Below are positions 47,359 to 51,467 of a DNA stretch of 51,467 nucleotides, piece by piece (the first letter of the stretch is position 1; every line of letters starts with the position of its first letter). The stretch is taken from assembly GCA_947574215.1 (NCBI GenBank), contig CANPIX010000005.1:1-51467 (forward strand), read 5' to 3'. Under the pieces are notes generated by a model. It worked only from the letters and a program-made list of their open reading frames with translations, was not told the origin of the DNA and did not search any database. The DNA comes from an uncultured Mycoplasmatota bacterium (GTDB lineage: Bacteria > Bacillota_I > Bacilli_A > RF39 > UBA660). A program made the position numbers and the translations under genes.

Positions 47359-48067
47359 TCTTTTCCCTATCATCTACTTTTAAAATGGCATTTTGTGGCG
47401 TAATCGTCACTAATTTTTTTATAGCATCTTTCGTTTTATCTTTGCTTATATCCTCTATAAATCTTCCTAATTTAATAAAATAAATAACCATACAAGTAGA
47501 TTCAAAATATAGACTTCCAAGATACTCATATACTCCAAGTATTATATGGATATATCCATAAAAACTGTATATAAAACTAAATAATACACTAAGCATTACT
47601 AAAGTATCCATATTAGGCATTTTATGGAGTAAATTTTTTACACCACTTTTTAATATATCATATCCATACCATAAAAAAATGAGTGTTGAAAGCAACATTA
47701 TAGTTGCTAAAATGATTGGATAATCTTGATTAATAAAAGGAATATTAGGTACCCTTATCATATGTCCCATGGAAACATACATAATAAATAGAATAAAAAT
47801 TCCTAAAGAGATTAGTTTTGTTTTATCTATTTTATTTGTTTCTATATCTTCTATTCCTTTAAATTCTCCTAGACTTTCAAATCCTGCTTCATTTATATAA
47901 CACTCTAAATTTTTTTTATTTATGTTTTCATATTCAATTGTAGCAATAGATAATACTAAATTTACATTGGCACTTTTTACTCCTACTTGTTTGGTTAAAT
48001 ATTTCTCTAATCCCAATGAACAAGCACTACAAGTCATACCACCTATTTTTAAAACTATTTTTTTCAT
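47306..48067 (-). pseudogene. copA: Truncated copper-translocating P1B ATPase
   Basis: GMTCSAC, PNMDTLV, LYFES, LGRFIE; ends before the actuator domain, CPC and DKTGT. Confidence 0.85.
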
Positions 48068-48082
48068 GAAAACACCTCTTAA

Positions 48083-49945
48083 TTATTTTGCAGATTTAAT
48101 TCTTAAAATTCTCAAGGCATTTATGATTGCTAGAACTGATACTCCAACATCAGCAAATACTGCTGCCCACATACTAGCAAGACTAAATGCACTTAATATT
48201 AAAACTCCAATTTTTACCGCTATAGCAAATACTATATTTTGTCTTACAATTCGCATTGTTTTTTTAGAAATCTGAATAGAATTCGCAATTTTAGATGGTT
48301 CATCTGTCATAATAACCACATCTGCTGCTTCAATCGCAGCATCACTTCCAAGACCACCCATTGCTACTCCTATATCAGATAATGCTAGAACTGGAGCATC
48401 ATTGATTCCATCTCCAACAAAGATAAGTTTTCCTCCAGATGATTTTTGAGTCATTAATTTTTCTACCCAAGAAACTTTATCTTGTGGTAATAGTTCTGCA
48501 TGATACTCATCTAAATTAAGTTCATTCGCTACAGACTCACTAATATTCTCGCGATCTCCTGTTAGCATGACAACTTTTTCTACATTATTATTACTTTTAA
48601 ATAATTCTACAGCTTTATAAGAATCTTCTTTAATTTTATCAGCAATTAATATTGTTCCTACAAATTCATCATTTATTGCAACATATACGATTGTTCCTGT
48701 CTCTTCACTCTTTTTAAATTTAATATTGTATTCTCTCATTAGTTTTTCGTTTCCAACTAAAATAATCTTTCCATCTACTTTTGTCAAGACACCTTTACCA
48801 GAAATTTCTTGTGTTTTAGTGACAAGTTTTTCATCAATTTCTTTGTTATATGCTTGTTTCAATGAAAGAGAAATTGGATGATTAGAAAAACCTTCTGCAT
48901 AAGCTGCATATTTTAACAGATCATCATCAGAGTATCCGTAAGCACTAATTTTTTGAACTTTAAACACTCCCTCTGTTAATGTCCCCGTCTTATCACACAC
49001 AACAATTTCAGCACTTGCAAGAGCTTCTAAATAGTTACTTCCTTTTATTAAAACTCCTATTTTAGAAGCTGCTCCTATTCCTCCAAAAAATGATAATGGA
49101 ATAGAAATAACCAAAGCACATGGACAAGAAACAACTAAAAATGATAATGCTCGATATAACCAATCACTAAATAAGGCTTCTTTCATAACAAGCGGTGGAA
49201 TGATTGCTAAAAGAACTGCTACTATAACTACAATTGGAGTATAGTATTTTGCAAATTTGCTAATAAAGTTTTCAGATTTTGATTTTCTACTACTAGCATT
49301 TTCTACTAAATCTAATATCTTACTAACAGTTGATTCTCCAAATTCTTTACTTACTTTAATTTTTAAAATTCTATCATTGTTTATACAACTACTTAATACT
49401 TCATCATTTATAGATACTTTTCTTGGAATTGCTTCTCCTGTTAAAGCCTGTGTATTAAGCATTGATTCACCTTCCACTACAACTCCATCTAAAGGAATTT
49501 TTTCTCCAGGTTTTACTAATATAATTTCTCCAATATTTACTTCATCTGGATCTACTCGTTCAATTTTATCTTCACGATATACATTTGCATAATCTGGTCT
49601 TATATCCATAAGATTTGCTACAGATTTTCTTGACTTATCTACTGCATAACTTTGGAATAATTCTCCTACTTGGTAGAAAAGCATTACTGCAACTGCCTCT
49701 GGAAATTCTCCTATACAAAAGGCTCCAATTGTAGCAACTGTCATTAAAAAGTTTTCATCAAAAACTTTACCTTTAAAAATATTTCTTAATGCCTTTAATA
49801 CAATGTCATATCCTACAATTATATAAGCGATTACATACAGAATGCTGTTATATAATTCAGCATCAAATTTAAGTAATAAAGAAATTACAACTAATAAAAG
49901 AGAAACGATTATCTTGATTAATTGCCTATTCATTTTTTGGCTCAT
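48083..49945 (-). CDS. cadA: Cd/Zn-translocating P1B-2 ATPase
   Basis: DENFLM, TGE, SCPCALVIS, DKTGT, HP, GDGIND, FADVG. Confidence 0.93.
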   Translation of the reverse strand: MSQKMNRQLIKIIVSLLLVVISLLLKFDAELYNSILYVIAYIIVGYDIVLKALRNIFKGKVFDENFLMTVATIGAFCIGEFPEAVAVMLFYQVGELFQSYAVDKSRKSVANLMDIRPDYANVYREDKIERVDPDEVNIGEIILVKPGEKIPLDGVVVEGESMLNTQALTGEAIPRKVSINDEVLSSCINNDRILKIKVSKEFGESTVSKILDLVENASSRKSKSENFISKFAKYYTPIVVIVAVLLAIIPPLVMKEALFSDWLYRALSFLVVSCPCALVISIPLSFFGGIGAASKIGVLIKGSNYLEALASAEIVVCDKTGTLTEGVFKVQKISAYGYSDDDLLKYAAYAEGFSNHPISLSLKQAYNKEIDEKLVTKTQEISGKGVLTKVDGKIILVGNEKLMREYNIKFKKSEETGTIVYVAINDEFVGTILIADKIKEDSYKAVELFKSNNNVEKVVMLTGDRENISESVANELNLDEYHAELLPQDKVSWVEKLMTQKSSGGKLIFVGDGINDAPVLALSDIGVAMGGLGSDAAIEAADVVIMTDEPSKIANSIQISKKTMRIVRQNIVFAIAVKIGVLILSAFSLASMWAAVFADVGVSVLAIINALRILRIKSAK

Positions 49946-49950
49946 GATAA

Positions 49951-50175
49951 CTATACCTCCTCAATTGTTACATTTGGTTCTTCTTTTTTTATCACTTTTC
50001 TAATTTTTTCTATTGCTTGTTCCTTATTTTCTTCAGTACATTCAATAGTTAATTTTTGTGTCATAAAACTAATACTAACATTCTCTATAATATCAATTTT
50101 TTGTAAAGCTCCTTCTAATTCGTTTGCACAATTTGCACAGTCTAAATTTTTAATTTTAAATTTGTATTTATTCAT
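49951..50175 (-). CDS. Stand-alone heavy-metal-associated (HMA) domain protein
   Basis: LDCANCA. Confidence 0.9.
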   Translation of the reverse strand: MNKYKFKIKNLDCANCANELEGALQKIDIIENVSISFMTQKLTIECTEENKEQAIEKIRKVIKKEEPNVTIEEV

Positions 50176-50198
50176 TTTAATCCTTCTTTCTTATTTTT

Positions 50199-50561
50199 TT
50201 AATCTTTATGGTTAATATGTTCTAAACCAATTTCAAACAATTTAACAATATGCTCATCGTCCAAAGTATAATATACTTCTTTACCATTTTTTCTACATCT
50301 AACAACTCCACTTCTTCTAAGAACTGCAAGTTGGTGTGATATAGATGATTTAGTCATATCAAGTACATTTGCTAAATCACAAACACACATTTCGTTTTGA
50401 TCTAATGCAAAAAGAATCCTACATCTTGTGGTATCTCCAATAAGTTTGAATAAATCTGCTAATTTGTTAAATATATCTTCATTTGGCATTTTTTGTAATA
50501 CTTCATCAACAGCTTCTTGATGAATAACATTACAATCACAAGAAAATTCATTTCTAGACAT
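50199..50561 (-). CDS. ArsR/SmtB/CadC-family metalloregulator
   Basis: CDCNVIH, EMCVCDLA, SSISHQL, LDDEH. Confidence 0.93.
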   Translation of the reverse strand: MSRNEFSCDCNVIHQEAVDEVLQKMPNEDIFNKLADLFKLIGDTTRCRILFALDQNEMCVCDLANVLDMTKSSISHQLAVLRRSGVVRCRKNGKEVYYTLDDEHIVKLFEIGLEHINHKD

Positions 50562-50592
50562 AAATTCCCTCCCATAATATTATATGTTTTTT

Positions 50593-50648
50593 AGTTGAAT
50601 TATTTCTCAACTGTTTTGATTATAGTTGAATGCATATTCACTTGTCAA
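50593..50648 (-). promoter_or_regulatory. Promoter with two ArsR/SmtB-type operators
   Basis: TTGACA-18 bp-TATAAT (50648-50619); imperfect palindromes AGTTGAATTATTTCTCAACT and AGTTGAATGCATATTCACT. Confidence 0.75.
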
Positions 50649-50882
50649 TATATTTTGATAAAAAAATGAAAATTATGCAAATTCTCATTTTATCTCCCTT
50701 TACTGGCTAAATCTTTTTTACAAATTACTATTTGTATGATAGATTAGCAAAAAATATAATTAATCTATTTGTACACAAATAATAGTTGAACTTATATAAA
50801 TATTATAATACTTTTCATATCCTTTTTAAAGTTATTGTGTACATTTTCTTTTAAGAAATTCAAACAGTTTTATAATTTTTTA

Positions 50883-51166
50883 TGTACCAAATCAAGAGTT
50901 ACTTTTTAGCAGGATAAGTGTGTATTACAAACAACTCGCCAGTGGCGAGTTTATCCCTAAAATAAAGGGTTTGCCAACTTTTAAATTGTATTACAAAATT
51001 ATTTTTGTTTTACTTTTGTATTACGAAAAAATAGCAAAAAATATATAAAAACAGCTGTTTGTTTTACTATTGTATTACAAATATACCTTTATTTGCATTT
51101 GAAAATATACTAATTTGTACCAAAATTTAAGATTTTGAAATAAATTATACAACTCTTGTTGGTACA
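50883..51166. repeat. Repeat-rich non-coding element (oriT-like candidate)
   Basis: Flanking imperfect IR, 4x TGTATTAC[A/G], 19-bp palindrome AACTCGCCAGTGGCGAGTT, nic-like TATCCTGC on minus strand. Confidence 0.55.
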
Positions 51167-51178
51167 AAAAGATGTACC

Positions 51179-51466
51179 TTAAATATCAACATTTATAATA
51201 TTTATTGGACTAACAGGTACTTCTATTAATCCATAATTAGTTATTTTAAATTTATCAAGGATAGGTATTAGTTTAAAAGGTTCATTAAAGTAATTACCTT
51301 TATTATATTTGAGCATAAATTGTTGATCATTAACTTGTTCTTTCTTTAATTCTTGATAATCAATAGGAAAGCTTAATTGTAATTTTTTAATATACTTTTT
51401 AATTTCTTCTCTAGTCATTGGGGCTGATACTTCAATATTTATAGGTATATTATTTTCTTTTATTAC
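51179..51466 (-). CDS. C-terminal part of a hypothetical protein (5' end outside window)
   Basis: Frame of ORF 51179-51418 stays open upstream (VIKENNIPINIEVSAP-MTREE) to the window edge. Confidence 0.6.
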   Translation of the reverse strand, partial: VIKENNIPINIEVSAPMTREEIKKYIKKLQLSFPIDYQELKKEQVNDQQFMLKYNKGNYFNEPFKLIPILDKFKITNYGLIEVPVSPINIINVDI

Positions 51467-51467
51467 T

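Larger units (their letters stand above)
44770..51467. mobile_element. Putative tRNA-anchored genomic island (continues past window end)
   Basis: att-like fragment, then WYL module, IS remnant, metal-resistance operon, oriT-like repeats; no core genes. Confidence 0.6.

Noticed and set aside
47283-47483. 66-aa ORF as a real protein
   Set aside because: Chimera of a transposase N-terminus and copA antisense sequence
672-50215. Many short ORFs in the track antisense to or nested in long genes (e.g. 672-989, 6221-6541, 27641-28009, 35796-36080, 41610-41969, 47922-48275, 49257-49592)
   Set aside because: Shadow ORFs of well-supported genes; F/S/I-rich low-complexity translations with no motifs
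1-51467. CRISPR array, cas genes, rRNA, reverse transcriptase (retron/DGR), integrase
   Set aside because: No regularly spaced repeat-spacer series and no such protein motifs seen in this window
1-51467. Genetic code 4 (TGA=Trp) as in mycoplasmas
   Set aside because: Conserved genes end at TGA (e.g. stp, rlmN, rpe) and are full length under code 11

Overview
Very AT-rich chromosomal segment of a reduced low-GC Bacillota (Bacilli) genome. It uses standard code 11 (TGA is a stop). Gene content and style suggest an RF39/Mollicutes-related gut lineage (inference). Almost all genes lie on the minus strand. Bases 1-44.7 kb are core chromosome: an M16 peptidase pair, alaS, miaB, serS, thrS, the priA-fmt-rlmN-stp-pknB-rsgA-rpe cluster, SPFH/NfeD, PMM/PGM, deoD, a U32 protein, an ABC exporter and tRNA-Gln(CUG), with single orphan genes slotted in between. 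Two T-box riboswitches (Ala, Thr) are readable by eye, and each controls a non-synthetase 'passenger' gene placed before its aaRS gene. At about 44.77 kb a tRNA 3'-end fragment (att-like) marks the probable start of a genomic island that runs off the right edge. The island carries a mini-WYL regulator -> SIS-domain protein -> divergent HAM1/ITPase module (best candidate for an undescribed system), an IS3 remnant fused to a truncated copA, an ArsR-HMA-CadA metal-resistance operon and a repeat-rich oriT-like non-coding region. Other oddities are a catalytically eroded RNase II/R (RNB)-like orphan, a small alarmone hydrolase coupled to serS, and an XRE repressor with twin operators facing a surface-protein gene. 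All calls come from motif reading only; no searches were run.
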